64,000 nucleotides of DNA from Vicugna vicugna (taxonomy: Eukaryota): positions 6,525,779-6,589,778 of the forward strand of contig MU058198.1 in assembly GCA_013265495.1 (NCBI GenBank), written 5' to 3'. Below, in pieces: positions 1 to 11,950 of this stretch; within the stretch, counting starts at the first letter, position 1; each line of letters begins with the position of its first letter. The translations under genes and the position numbers were made by a program. The notes under the pieces were generated by a model. It was not told the origin of the DNA. It worked only from the letters and a program-made list of their open reading frames with translations, and searched no databases.

Positions 1-317
1 AGTCCAAACTGGAAAACAAGAGGCGTGGGGGAGTGTCCACTGGGGTCTGGGTGGACAGGACAGGTGAGGCCTGGCAGTCACCATTCACATCCTAGTTCCT
101 GGTTCCCAAAGGCCACCACCTAAGGCTAGGAATCCAGCAGACAGCCCCTGCAGATGGTCCGAGTATATCCAGCCAACCAGGCATGTATCTAGGGTTCATT
201 GGGAAAGGCCTAGGTTGTCGGGGAAGGAGGCAAGTTCCTCTAAGGTCGACACATCTCAGGCCTCTTTCTTTTAGGGGGTCTCACTGGTTCTGGAAACATT
301 AAGAAATGCCAAAAACA

Positions 318-447
318 AGGAGAAGGGTATAGCTCAGTGGCAGAGTGCTTGCTTAGCATGCATGAGGTCCTGGGCTCAATCCTGGGTACCTCCATTAAAA
401 TAAATAAACAAACCTATTTACCTCCCCCACTAAAAAAAATTTAAAAA
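318..447 (+). mobile_element. tRNA-derived SINE (camelid-type)
   Basis: A-box TAGCTCAGTGG, B-box-like GGCTCAATCC, A-rich tail; 17-bp TSD AAGAAATGCCAAAAACA at 301-317 and 448-464. Confidence 0.9.
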
Positions 448-1909
448 AAGAAATGCCAAAAACAGTGTGATGAAGACCACAGTGTATCATAAATGTTTAC
501 ACTTGCCTAATTAACACTTTTAACACACATGCAAGTACAAGATAGTTGTTTCGTTCACAAGATAATGACAGGTTTCATAAGGACACTGACTCAGGGATAC
601 CCCATGGGAAGTCAGAGGAGGAGACGGGACAAGCTCTGAACGTCCCATGAATGTTCTCGGTTCTCAGTCCTGTCAGAGCAATCGTCGTGCACCACAGATT
701 TCCTCAATTTAAAAGACCAAGAAGTGGACTGGTAAACAGAGTTTACGGCAGGAAGCAGAGAGGAGGTTTGTTTCAGCTGTGATTTAGGCCTTCTTGACTG
801 CTCACTGTATTCTAGTCTCTCTTCTTCCTTTCAGTGATACCCCACCCCTGACCCAATTTTTTAAAATGTGTATGGCTGAGCAGTCAACAGCAGGTAGAAA
901 TAATATCCAAAGGTTACATTTAAGTCTCTTCAGGAATGTGAGGCCTGGACCAGAATCCACCCTCCTTCCCGCCCCGCCACGCCCGAGACAGGTCTGTGAG
1001 CCGGGCCTGAGCCCAGGAGGAGGACTGGGCCTGGCCCCAAGTGCGAGGGCTACAGGCCTAACTCCAGCCCCCAAAAGCTGGTGGGGCCGCCCCTGCTGAC
1101 ACGTCTCTGACCCACAATTCTGGTGCAGGGGCCATCTCTCTTGGAGGGGGGTTGAATGGCTGAGATGTAAGTGCTCAGACCCTCCGAGATGCTTGAAGAA
1201 GCATTTGAAACTGCCTGGTGACTCTAATCTTCCCTCCCCAGGCTGGAGTCAGAAGGCAGTGGGGCCAAGAGAGGGAAAAGTGGCGTCTCAGGCTCTTGTG
1301 AACTGGGTCTGAGCCTGCACCCCACCCCCAGCCCAAGAGCCAGGCCCAGCCACCCAAACAGGAGACAGACAGAGCTTCACAGCCACTGAGAATTAAAACC
1401 TATTGATTTTCCCCATTAGCTAGAGAAAGCCATCAGAGTGCATTAAAACCAGGCAAAGCACCAGCATCATGAATAATTAACATCCACAAATGACAGCCCC
1501 ATAGGGCCCAGGGGAGGGGGAAGGGGCGCCTGGAGGCCTGGGGCACCTGACCCTTTATGACTCCCACCCCAGGGAGCCCTAACCTGGCCTGACCTCCCCT
1601 CCCCTTCCCTCCTCCATGAATCTCTACTATTCCTCCTGTCCCCTCTCATTTCCTGTCCTCTCCTCAAATAAACATCAAGTCTCCAAGACAAGCCACCTAG
1701 GAAGACAGAGCACTGAGATGAGAAGAAAGAGCGCCTGGCTCTGCTGTGTGTCACTGTGACCTCGGGGGAGTCTGCCCCTTCTGGGCTCATTCCTCTAGCT
1801 AAGCCTACAGCTCTGTGGTTCCAGAGAGGGACAGTGACTGACCCAAAGCAAGCAGCAGGTCTGTAGCAAAGCCCACACTAAAACCTGGGGCCCCTAGGTC
1901 ATTCCCCCC

Positions 1910-2287
1910 AGACCAGCATCTAGGGCAATTTTGTGCAAATCAGAAAAAAAGTCACCCCCTTTGGGTTGACCAATTGGAAAATGGCACCTTTCTGGATGAA
2001 CCAATTAGTTGACAGCATGCCCTCTGAACATACCAATGCAAAAAAGAGACCTTTCTAGGTGGACTCATTTTTTCAAAGGTACTCTTCAGCTGACCAGTAC
2101 GAAAAAGGAACCCTTCTGAGTGGACCGATGAGAGAAAGGTGACACCCACCCCTCCATGCAGTCACAGTTCTAAAGGTGCAAGACTTGGCAGAGCAGAGGT
2201 GGGGCTGGATGTCAGCCTCCACTCACCATCCGCCAGGGCACCCTATGCAGTGTGTGCAACCTAAACAACTGTACATGGGGGCTCTGA
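1910..2287 (-). mobile_element. MER91-like hAT-Tip100 element with an internal 31-bp tandem array
   Basis: Both ends resemble the reverse complement of the MER91-like copy at 2952-3130 (GGGGCTGGATGTCAGCC, GTGCAACC..ACAACTGTACATGG). Confidence 0.6.
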
Positions 2288-2951
2288 CCCCACCCCCACC
2301 TTTTCTTGGCCAAGGCAGCCCAGGTCTGTCCTTCTAGTCAGTGGAATTCAGTTAAAAAATGAAATGATGTTTCCTTCCAAGCCTCTCCACCTCCCATGCA
2401 TCTCCTTAGCCCCGCAGCTGTCCCAGGTTCCCATTTCCATCCTCTTCCCATCCCTCCTTCCTCCTCAGAGCCCCGGGAGGGGCAGCTCTGGAATGAATAC
2501 CTCCTACATCTCTGACCATGTCCACCTGCATCTCCTTCCTGTCTTGCAGTACATCACGCATCCTTTCATGCCTCTGAGCCTTTGTAGGTTCCCTGCTCTC
2601 TCTGCTGGTGATGCCCCACTTCTAGAGCCTGGGAAAAACTCTACTCACTCTTGAAAACTCAGCTTAAAGACCTCCTCTGCTCCTCACTCTCTTCCTTAAA
2701 TAGTTCGGCTAGTTCTTGCCTCTGAACCTTTGCACCTGCTCATCCCTCTTCCTGGACCTGTCCTCCTTCCAGGTCTTCTGGCTGGCTCCTCCTCCTGCTG
2801 GTCACAGCTCCAGTGTCACCTCCTTGGGAGGTCTTCCCTGAACATCCTATCAAACCATCTCCCCAACAGCCTCTCTCACATCTCACTGTTTTATTTTTTC
2901 ATAACACTTTTCACAAGCTGAATTTATTTTTCCTTTGTGTGTTGGTGCTTC

Positions 2952-3130
2952 CAGGGCCACTGTGAATGGTTGTGCATGTTGCAGATTGCAGAGGAGGTGA
3001 TGAGGGCTGAAACCCAGCCTATGATCTATACTCTCAGCTGGTCTTAGTTGGGGGATGCCACACCTGCCTAGAGGGAATGCCTTTTACTAATTTACACATC
3101 GGCACAAGATCTACGAGCTTCAGCCCCAGA
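2952..3130 (+). mobile_element. MER91-like hAT-Tip100 element
   Basis: CAGGGCCACTGTGAATGGTTGTGCATGTTGCA...GGGCTGAAACCCAGCC...GCCTTTTACTAATTTACACA, recalled by eye as MER91A-like. Confidence 0.65.
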
Positions 3131-4273
3131 GGCCTCCCAGACAAGCCCACCAAGGTAGGAATAGTGTCCGCCCCCTTGATTGCTGTTTGCCCAGTGCTCA
3201 GGGCAGTGCCTGGCATGTAGCCGGTGCTCAATAAACAATTTTTGAAGCAAACAAATTCTACTCAGATTCCCCCTCTCCCATCCTCTTCCTATACTCAATA
3301 GAATACACCGGGGGCTGCATGTGGTCCATCTCTGGGTCCCATAGGGGCTGTATGTGGTTCTTTTCAGTGGGTGGGTAGGTGGGGGTTTCCCACAGGAAGC
3401 CAGTGATGGAACTAGACCCAGAGTCGGTGATAGTAATTGCTTCTTAAGGGAACATAGTGGGGACCAAGGAGTGGGTGGGTAAGTAAAGGGGTCCTAGGGA
3501 TGTTTCCTGGAGCTCAGAGCCCTGCCCATCACAGGGGTGCTGCCCTGAGCCCCTAGTCTCCCCCAGCTCCCTGGAGATGCGCGTGGCATGTTCCAGCGGC
3601 CAGGGCAATCTGACCAAGATCCAGATGCCTGTTGAGTGCTTCACAGACACGGGTGGCATCTGAGGGTCCAGTGGGAGGCAAGCCAGGCTCAGGCAGGGGT
3701 GGAATTCAGATACCGCCTTCCTTCTCTCTGCTCCCGTGGCCACCCGCCCACGGCCTCCCAGCTCTGGCAGGGAAGGAGTTAACCTCCCGGCTTCTCTGCG
3801 TGAATGTGGAGCTATTAATACCCACAGCCAAGCCGGTCTGCCAGAGCAGCCACTGGAGTCAGAGGAGCAGGGAGCAGAGGGAGCTCCAGTCAGAGCCGGA
3901 GCTGCAGCCAGGGCTCCAGGGACCAGAACTTTTCTCGGGGACAGCGTGGGCACTGCACCTCACCTGGTCCTCGCCCACCTTTCACCTTCAGGTCCTGACC
4001 CTCCTCCCTCCTGGAGGCCACCCGTGCCACCCACCACCCCAGCAGGGGAGAACAAACTTTCTTAGGGAAATCACCTCCACTGCAGGGACGGGGAGGAGCA
4101 GGCGGCCGGACAGACAGATGAACAGATGGACAGGGCATCTGCGAGCCTGTCCTCCCAGGCCTGCCTCTGAGAGTCAGCAGCAGAGTGAGCAGCTGAGGGG
4201 CCTCAGGCACCACGAGGGGCAGCGAGGGGCCCTGCCGGACCTTTGTCCGCCAGCCAGCCACTTCTGAGTCCCG

Positions 4274-4656
4274 GTGGCTGGCAGCTGCTTCCCCAGGCCC
4301 AGCCCCGTGGCTGGCAGCCCTGCGGGTCAGGATAGCAGTTCCCATCAGCCAGAGCCACAGGCTCTTCCACCCACCGAGGCGACGGGTAACCTGAGTGAAA
4401 AGGCACAGGTGGCAGGTGGGCAGGCGCGGGGTCCTGAGGCCAATGGGCTACTGACCCTGGAGCACGCTGGCTCGGGGACCCCTGCCCAGACAAGAGACGA
4501 TGCTGCTGAGGCCACCACCAGCCACCCCTGCCCTGTCCTGGAGCTGCCTCCAGCCTGGCCCCTGGGCTGTGGAACTGAGGATGTGCCAGCCTTCTGCTTC
4601 ATCTGTTTCCACAAGGAGGAGGAGGAGGAGCTGCTGGAAGAGGTCCCACTGCAGAG
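4274..4656 (+). other. SBK1: Candidate distal alternative SBK1 exon, in frame with the kinase ORF (5' boundary unknown)
   Basis: Stop-free frame from 4268 to the donor GAG|GTCAGT (GT at 4657), phase 2. Joining to 44578 gives ...[14 protein letters not shown] in frame. Confidence 0.55.
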
Positions 4657-7600
4657 GTCAGTGCTTGTGGTGGGCAGTGGGTGGGCAGGGTGAGGCCACA
4701 GGGCTGGGATCAGGGCCCCTCAGGTAGTCCTGCTTCCGAGTTTCTCTGTCTGTCCACTCCTGACCACCCACTACCACCACCCTGGTCAGACTCTCAGATC
4801 TTTCACCTGGGTGTCATCATAGCCTCCTCCCTGGGACCCTCCTATCCTTCCCAATTGTGGTCATGTTCCCCCCTGCTCAGAGTTCTCCATGGCTCCTGGC
4901 TCCCATAGGATGAAGTCAACACTCAGGTCGGCATTCAAGGCTTGTGTGACCAGGCCAGCCCCACCCACCTCATCTCGCTCTGCTCTCTTGTATTCACCCC
5001 CAGACTTCCCATCCCCTGGCCCCCCTCCATCCAGGCCCAGCTGCAATACCTCCTCCTCCAGGAAGCCCTCTAGGCAGCCCCTGACCCTTCCCAAGCTGAG
5101 AGCCACCTTTCCCCCCTGCCTGGCACTGACACTTAACAGTGTTCAATTTTTGTTGAATGAATGAGTGGAAATGTCTGCACATGCTTATGCATGTGTGTAT
5201 GAATGTGTGGGTATAATAGAAAGTGAGGGGAGGGGAATGGAGGTTTGTGCGGCTGTATGATCGGGTATTTGGGGGTGAGTGTATGTGATTGTGAGTATGT
5301 GCATGTGTTTATGGCAGTGGGTGTGAGTTCTGTGTACTTCTGTGAGGGAGGGGTTGTGCACTGTGCTCAGGTTGGGGGTTCATGCCCTAGAGATCATTGT
5401 CCCTTTTGCCAGATCTCCCCACCCCCACCTTCAGGGAAACCCATGCCCCAGCCAAGTGCATTTCCCAAGCTGTGACCACAGACTCCGGGAATAGATGGAA
5501 TGTCTGCAGGGGAGACAGGGGTCACCTCTGCTCCAGCCCAGCCCGCCCACGCCTCCATCATCGCCTGAGTCAGCACTGCCCTGGGTGGGGAGAAGGGCAG
5601 GCTCAGGGCCAGCCTAGATATGCCCTCCAGGCCCCTTGCTGGAGGGCGGGGATATGGGCTTCTGCAGCCTAGGACAGCTTCCTCCCTGAATCTCACTGTT
5701 GGACTTGGATCAGTCATTTCCCCTCTGTGGGCCTCTGTCTCCTCCCCTGTGAAAGGGGGGGATGCTCCCTGTATGGCTGTCAGCTCGTTCGGCAGTGACT
5801 GAACAGTCAGAGAGCACCAGGGCCCAAGATCTCATGGGGTCCAGCCTGCTGGGAGACCTGCCAGCGAACAGATCAGTTTTACAGAGTGGTGGGCGCCTTG
5901 GTGGGCGCGGGTGTACTGTGCTCAGGGAGTAAGGCCGGGGTCTGACCCAGCTCTGCCCGCAGGAGCCCTAGGAGACCCTGCAGATCTGTCTTAAAGTATG
6001 GGTCCTCTTCCAGGTGGTGAGTGGAGTTAAAGAACGGGCATTCCAGGCAGCAGGTCTGGCAAGAGCAAAGGCTTGGTGGTATGAGAAAGAAATTGTGTGG
6101 GCATGGTGGACATGGGGCTGGCAGGGCCACAGGGGCCAGATCACCAGGGGCCTTGACTGCTGAGCCAAGGACTCGATCTGTAAGCAATGGAGTGAATGAT
6201 GGGGAGGGCTCGAAGCAAAATGGGGCTGACTTACGTGATTCAGTGAGATCACAGGTGTGGAAGTGTTTCTCAAACTCCTAAGCAATGAACTCCTAAGAGC
6301 ATCACTATTTTCACAACAGGAGCTCAAAATCCTTGTTGAATGAATGAATATGATGTGGGGAGGCAGGACATTAGAATCACTGAGTTGACTATTTAAAAAT
6401 ACACACTTCTAGGCCCTGCCCTGGAGACTTTGTGGCCTCAAGTGTTAGAGGGGATGGATGTGTAATTTTAATCAGCCCCTCCCCACCCCCCGCAGCTTGA
6501 GCAAACCAGCCTTTGGGAAACCCCAGAATGAGATCAGGCAGCCAGGAGATCCTGCCCTCTTCCCTCATTCCCCCATCTCCCCCTCCAACTTTGGGGACTC
6601 CCCCTGTAGGGCATGCCCCTCTGCCTCCTGCCCCAGCGGTATGGTGGCCTGTGTTTACAGAACCCAGTCTCCTTTCCAGTTGGTGGGCGCTGGCCCTTTA
6701 AGACTTCAAGAGGGGACACTGCCAGGCTGGGCAGAGACAGTGACCACAGGTGCCAGGTGGTGAAGCTAAAAATACTGAGTGATGTGGACGCTCAGGCTGC
6801 AGGAGCCAGGCAGGGCTAGCAGGGAAGGTGGGAGGGAAGGCTCCGGAGTGTTTCTTTCCTACTGGAGGAGGGGCAGTGGGCAGTGAGGTTTGGTGGGGTC
6901 ACCTTGGGGGTTTAGAGGAGCCTGCCAGCCAACCCCTCTCCTCCCAGCCTTTCTCCAGCCCCTGGAAGGTGCCAGGATTCACTCCCAATAGCTGCCGTCT
7001 TGAGCAGCCCCAGCGTATTGCTAATTCTGCTTCTCTGGGACTCTGGGGAAGTCATGTCTTCTCTTTGAGCCTCTGTAAAATTAAAGAATTGGACTAGCTT
7101 GGGCACCTTTAGGGACAGAGAAGCCATGTGGGGTGCAGACAACCAATTCACTCATTTGTGAATGCAACAAATTTTCCCCGAGTCCACCTGGGGACTGGAT
7201 GCTGAGGCCACTGCAATGAACAGGAAACAGGCACTGCCTGGGAAGAGCCCAGTGAGGACATGCAGCACACAGGAACGATTACAATGTGCTGTCACTGAGG
7301 TGTGAACATCGTGCCCTCAGCTTCTGTTGTGAGATGATGCAAGAAACTGCCCCACTGAGAACACGCCCGCATTTGATGAACACTTGTCAGCAAAAGCATC
7401 ACCCAACAGCCACCTCCATCTGGTGCTTGAATGTGTGTGTGTAACTAAGATGAGGCTCCATGCCTTAACAAACAGGCCCGGAACCATGCGGCTTCACACC
7501 ACAGAGCCTCCTGTCCTGCTCGTGGAAAGTCTAGAGGGGGCTGGGTGTGGGGGAGACTTTGCTCCACTCAGTCCTTTGGGGACCCAGGCTCCTCCCACCT

Positions 7601-7869
7601 TACGACTCTGTCATCATCCAGGGCCTCTGAATCCACTGCCAGATTCTCTGTATACAGATGAAGAAGAAAGAGGGTGAAGCTCACATGGGAGGGTTTTCTG
7701 AGCCAAAGCTGCAAGTGGCCTACTTCACTTCTGCCCACACTCCTTGGCTAGAGCAGCTGAGTGCAAAAGAAACTGGGAAATGTAGTCCTGTTGTGAAAAT
7801 GACATAGCCGGTATACATGAAACTAGCCAGCACGACACAGGTGCCCAGCGTGTTCATGGGAGATGCATC

Positions 7870-9350
7870 CATTCATTTTCTAAATTTCACCCAGCACCCT
7901 CAGTAGACTAGCACTAGAAACTGGACGGTGAAGATAGCAGTCCTACATTCGCTGGGCTTCCATCAAATGGGGGAGTCAAACAAAACACAAGTAAACCAGT
8001 AAACAAATGCGATCATCCCTGATCAAAACCCAGTGGTAAGGAAATAACCAGAGGGATGGTGGGGGAGACATCCACTTTGCATAAAAGGGGAAGGGGAGGT
8101 AGGGACAAGTCATCTGAGACCTCAAGGATGAGAAGGAGCTGGGCAGAGTAGGGGGAAGCGCATTCCAAGCACAGAGAACAGAGAGTGCAAAGGCCCAAAG
8201 GCAGGCTGGAGTTTGGGGAGTGTGAGAAAATATCAGGTCAGCATGGCTATTGCAAAGCAAATGATGGGGAGAGTGACATGAGTGATGGGGAGAGACAGGG
8301 ATGGGCTGGATCACAGAGGTCTTGTGGGCCATGGTGAGGAGGATGGATTCTACTCTGGAAAGAATTGAGAAAGCTTTAGAGGCTTTTAAGTCGCGGAAGC
8401 AATAAAATTTGATGGACATCTTCAGTGATCCCTTGGGCTGTTCTGGGGAGAATCCACAGCAGCCAGGCCAGAGTGGACTCAGGAAACCAGCATGGGGGTC
8501 GTGGTGATGATGGAGAAGTCATGACGTTGGCCTGGACCAAGGTGGACCTTGGAAATGGTGGAAATAGATGCCGTCTAGAAATATTTAAGAGACAGGGTTT
8601 GCAGACGGGTTAAAGGAAGAAGGGAGTGGGGAGGGTAGAGCTCAAAGTGGTAGAAAACATGCTTAGCATGAATGAGGTCCTGGGTTCAATCCCCAGTGCC
8701 TCCTCTAAAAAAACTAACTAAATAAATAAACCCAATTACCTCCCCCCTACACACACACACACACACACACACACAAAACTAAAAAACTGAAAAAAAATTA
8801 TTAAAAAAAAAAGGAAGAAAAGAATCAAAGATGCATCTGAGGTTTCTGAGTTGGGTAAGTACGTGGAGGATAGGAAGTCTTGGGAGGGAAGATGCTTGGT
8901 GGGAAACTCAAGAATTCGGCCACAGATGTTTTCAACACATGAAGCACATGAGATGTCCAAGTGAAGATATCAAGTGAGGATTTGACACTGAGTCTGCAGC
9001 TCAAAGCTGGAGTCTCTTGGTTGGTGATAGGATACCACAGACACCAACCTGACTATGGCATTGAAACCCATGAGGTTGCACTGGAGGGAGTGGGGGAAAG
9101 GGGAGCTCCCAGGATGGAGCCCTGGGGAACTCCACATCTTTGAGGTCACGAGGAGGAGAAGCTGACAAGGGTGGAAGAGAAGTAAAGCAGGAGGAAAACC
9201 AGGGGTGTGGGCATTCACGGAAACCAAGAGGAGAGAGAGGTGGACAGTTGGCTTCCAAGATGCTGAACAGCCAAGGAAAACGGGATTAGGTTCAGCAGCA
9301 CAGACATTGAAAGTGACTTGGATAAGGACAGTTCATAAAGGTGTAGAGAC
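7870..9350 (-). mobile_element. L2 LINE fragment interrupted by a SINE
   Basis: Purine-rich L2 antisense motifs (GAGTGCAAAGGCCC, GAGATGTCCAAGTGAAGATATCAAGT). Confidence 0.65.
8622..8809 (+). mobile_element. tRNA-derived SINE with a (CA)n microsatellite in its tail
   Basis: GCTCAAAGTGGTAG...GGTTCAATCCCC head; (CA)n at ~8749-8775; TSD AAAGGAAGAA at 8612-8621 and 8810-8819. Confidence 0.88.
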
Positions 9351-9464
9351 ACAAGCAGATGTGAGCAGAGACATCTGGTTAAAGATGGTGGACTGAATAC
9401 ACACATTTAATTTCTCCAGGTCCTGAAACCCCATTAAAAGGAAGTGAGTGGGGTTTTAATGCAC

Positions 9465-9942
9465 ACATATGAGTGTTTTGTTGCTGCTGTAAGAAACGAC
9501 CACAAACTTAGTTGTTGAAAACCAGACTGATCATCTTACAGACTCTGTCAGAAATCCAACACAGGTCTCCTTGGGCTAAAATCAAGATGTTGACAGGGCT
9601 GCTCTGGGAAGCCTCTTTCTGGAAGAACTTTCTGGAAGCTCTAGGGGCGACTCCATTTCCTTGTCTTTTCCAAGGTGCTGTTTTCCAGAGGGCCCTCTCC
9701 CTCCAGCAAGTTGGCATCTCTCTGGTTCCGCTTCTCCCATCATGTCTTGGACACACTGGGAAAGGTTCTCTGCTTTTAATGCTGCTAGCGGTTAGACTGG
9801 GTTTACCTGAGTAATCCAGGCTCACTCCCCACCCTCCAGGTCCTTTAACCTTGATCACACCTGCCAAGTCTCTTCCTGCCACCTAAGGTAACATAATCCC
9901 AGGTTCTGAGGATTGGAAGGGGCCATTTTTCTGCCTCCCACA
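9465..9942. mobile_element. MaLR solo LTR (MLT1-type)
   Basis: GCTGCTGTAAGAAACGACCACAAACTTAG...GGCTAAAATCAAGATGTTGACAGGGCTG...TAAGGTAACATAATCCCAGGTTCTGAGGATT. Confidence 0.75.
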
Positions 9943-11039
9943 GTATGAATCAGCAAGAAATATTACATTGAAAACGGAGACAATAGCCACACAGTTTTGG
10001 AATCTAGAAAGCAGAGGAACGGGTGGTAAGCGGTGTGGTGGTCAAAGACCTCGCACCTCAAGTGAACTCTACGTTGGGCATGAGAAAAACCAAGGGGCAC
10101 CACAGTTTCCCTCTTCAAAACCCCAAAAGGCGCACATAATAATGACCTAAGTACCCATGGAAATGGGAGTAAAGCTGGGGCCAAAAACAGGAGGACTGGT
10201 CTAAGAAGGGCGTTAAATTCTCAGATTTCCTTTTCCGCTCAGCACGGCTGGGCAGCGGCCCCTCCCTGACCCTGACAAAGACCGAAGGCGTATTCTGCAG
10301 AGAGGATAAAACACAGGGTCTCTGCACTGAGGACATGGCACCGCGAGGGGGAGGGGGGAGATCTGCACCCGACTGGCGGGATTATTTGGATATTGCATCC
10401 TGAATGTGGGGAGCCCTGCCCCCGCCCCCATCACTTTGGGGCCTTCTTCCCCCACTAGGCTCCCAGAACGATGAAGTCTGGTCTCAACTCTCGAGGCAGG
10501 ACCCTGCCCAGCTCACTCCCTTCAATCTCTGAATATATTAACGATGGGTATTTTGTTCTTGCTGTTCTCTCCTTTCCTGTTTTAATTTTCTTCTCTCCTT
10601 GCATGGTTTGTTTCCTCCAAAAATTTTTTTTTCCTGTTTGTATTCGTTCTTTTATCCTAGAGTCCAACTCTCCAAGAAAATGACACCTAAATAGGTTGGC
10701 ATCAAGGATTTCCCACTGAAACAGCCCAACTCGAATTCTCTGTATTAACCCCCTGAGTCAGCCCAACTTCCCAACTTGCTTGGATAAAATTGTATTTTCA
10801 TATTCTTTAATCAAGGCATAATTATAGCAAAATGCAAAGGACTTAAGTGGTCAGTTTAATGAGTTTTGACAAATGTAGATGCCTGCGTAACCCACACCTC
10901 AATCAAGATATTGCCGTGGGAAGTAACATACTCAGAGTTTTAGCATGCCCCAGTCAATACCCACCACGCACACAGGCAACCACCATTCTATCAGCTCCTC
11001 AACTCTCTTAACTATGAGCTGATAACCAGGGACCATCAG

Positions 11040-11950
11040 CATTTGAAAAAAACCTCCAATACATGGGGCAGAACAAAAACAGAAAAAGAGAATTTGGAGG
11101 AAACAGAATATGCAGGGAAAAGAAAACTTTAAGACAAAACTATTATTACTATATTCAGAGATTTAGGAAAATATATTGCAACTATGAAACAAAAACTAGA
11201 TGATTTTGAAAGAAAAAACCTCTAAGAATGAACAAAACAATTCTTAAAAATTAAGAATATCATGGGGTTGCGGGTATAGCTAAGTTGTAGAGCCCATGCT
11301 TAACGTACACAAGGTCCTGGGTTCGATCCCCAATACCTCAACCAAAAACAAAAACAAAAGAAATAAAGTTGTAAAATTAAAAAAAAAAAAGAATATCATA
11401 GCAGAAATGGAAAATTTATTTAAAAGAGTTAGGACTGGAGTCAGCAAACGACAGCCTGTGGGCCAAATCCAGCCTGTCACCTGTTTTTTAAATAAAGTTT
11501 TATTGAAACACCGCTACACCCATTCATGTACTGCCTATGACTGCTTTCACATTGGTGAAATTTCCAATCCTGAATTTCCAAACTGAAAGGACCCACTGTG
11601 CCCAACCAAAGGATAAAAATAGACCTACAGCGTTAAATTTCAGAACACAGGGACAAGAAGATAATTCTACCAGATTCTACAAAGGATCAAGAAACAGAAT
11701 GGCATCAGACTTCTCAGTAGCAATTTTGGAAACCAGAAGTCAATGGAGCAGTTTTCAAAAGTATGAAAGAAAGTTATTTTAAGCCTAGAATTCTACACCT
11801 AGCCAAACCATTAATAAAGTAGAAAAAAAGATATTTTCAGATTTACCAGGGCTCAAAAAAGTTATCTCCCACACACCCTTTCTTAAGAAAGCTACTAGAG
11901 GATGTGTTCCACTAAAACAAGGGAGTAAACCAAGAAAGAGTAGGACTTGG
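11040..11950 (+). mobile_element. Degenerate L1 ORF1-region relic, interrupted by a SINE and a MER58-like fragment (~11435-11550)
   Basis: A-rich; peptide RMASDFSVAILETRSQW resembles L1 ORF1p; CAGCCTGTGGGCCAAATCCAGCC...AATAAAGTTTTATTG resembles MER58. Confidence 0.65.
11264..11388 (+). mobile_element. tRNA-derived SINE
   Basis: GGTATAGCTAAGTTGTAG...GGTTCGATCCCC; TSD AAGAATATCAT at 11253-11263 and 11389-11399. Confidence 0.9.

Noticed and set aside
318..400. tRNA-like sequence (also at the other SINE heads)
   Set aside because: A-rich tails, TSDs and divergent stems mark these as SINEs, not tRNA genes.
1938..2160. Periodic ~31-bp repeats superficially like a CRISPR array
   Set aside because: Units are contiguous with no unique spacers, are highly degenerate, sit inside a mammalian DNA-transposon relic, and there are no cas genes.
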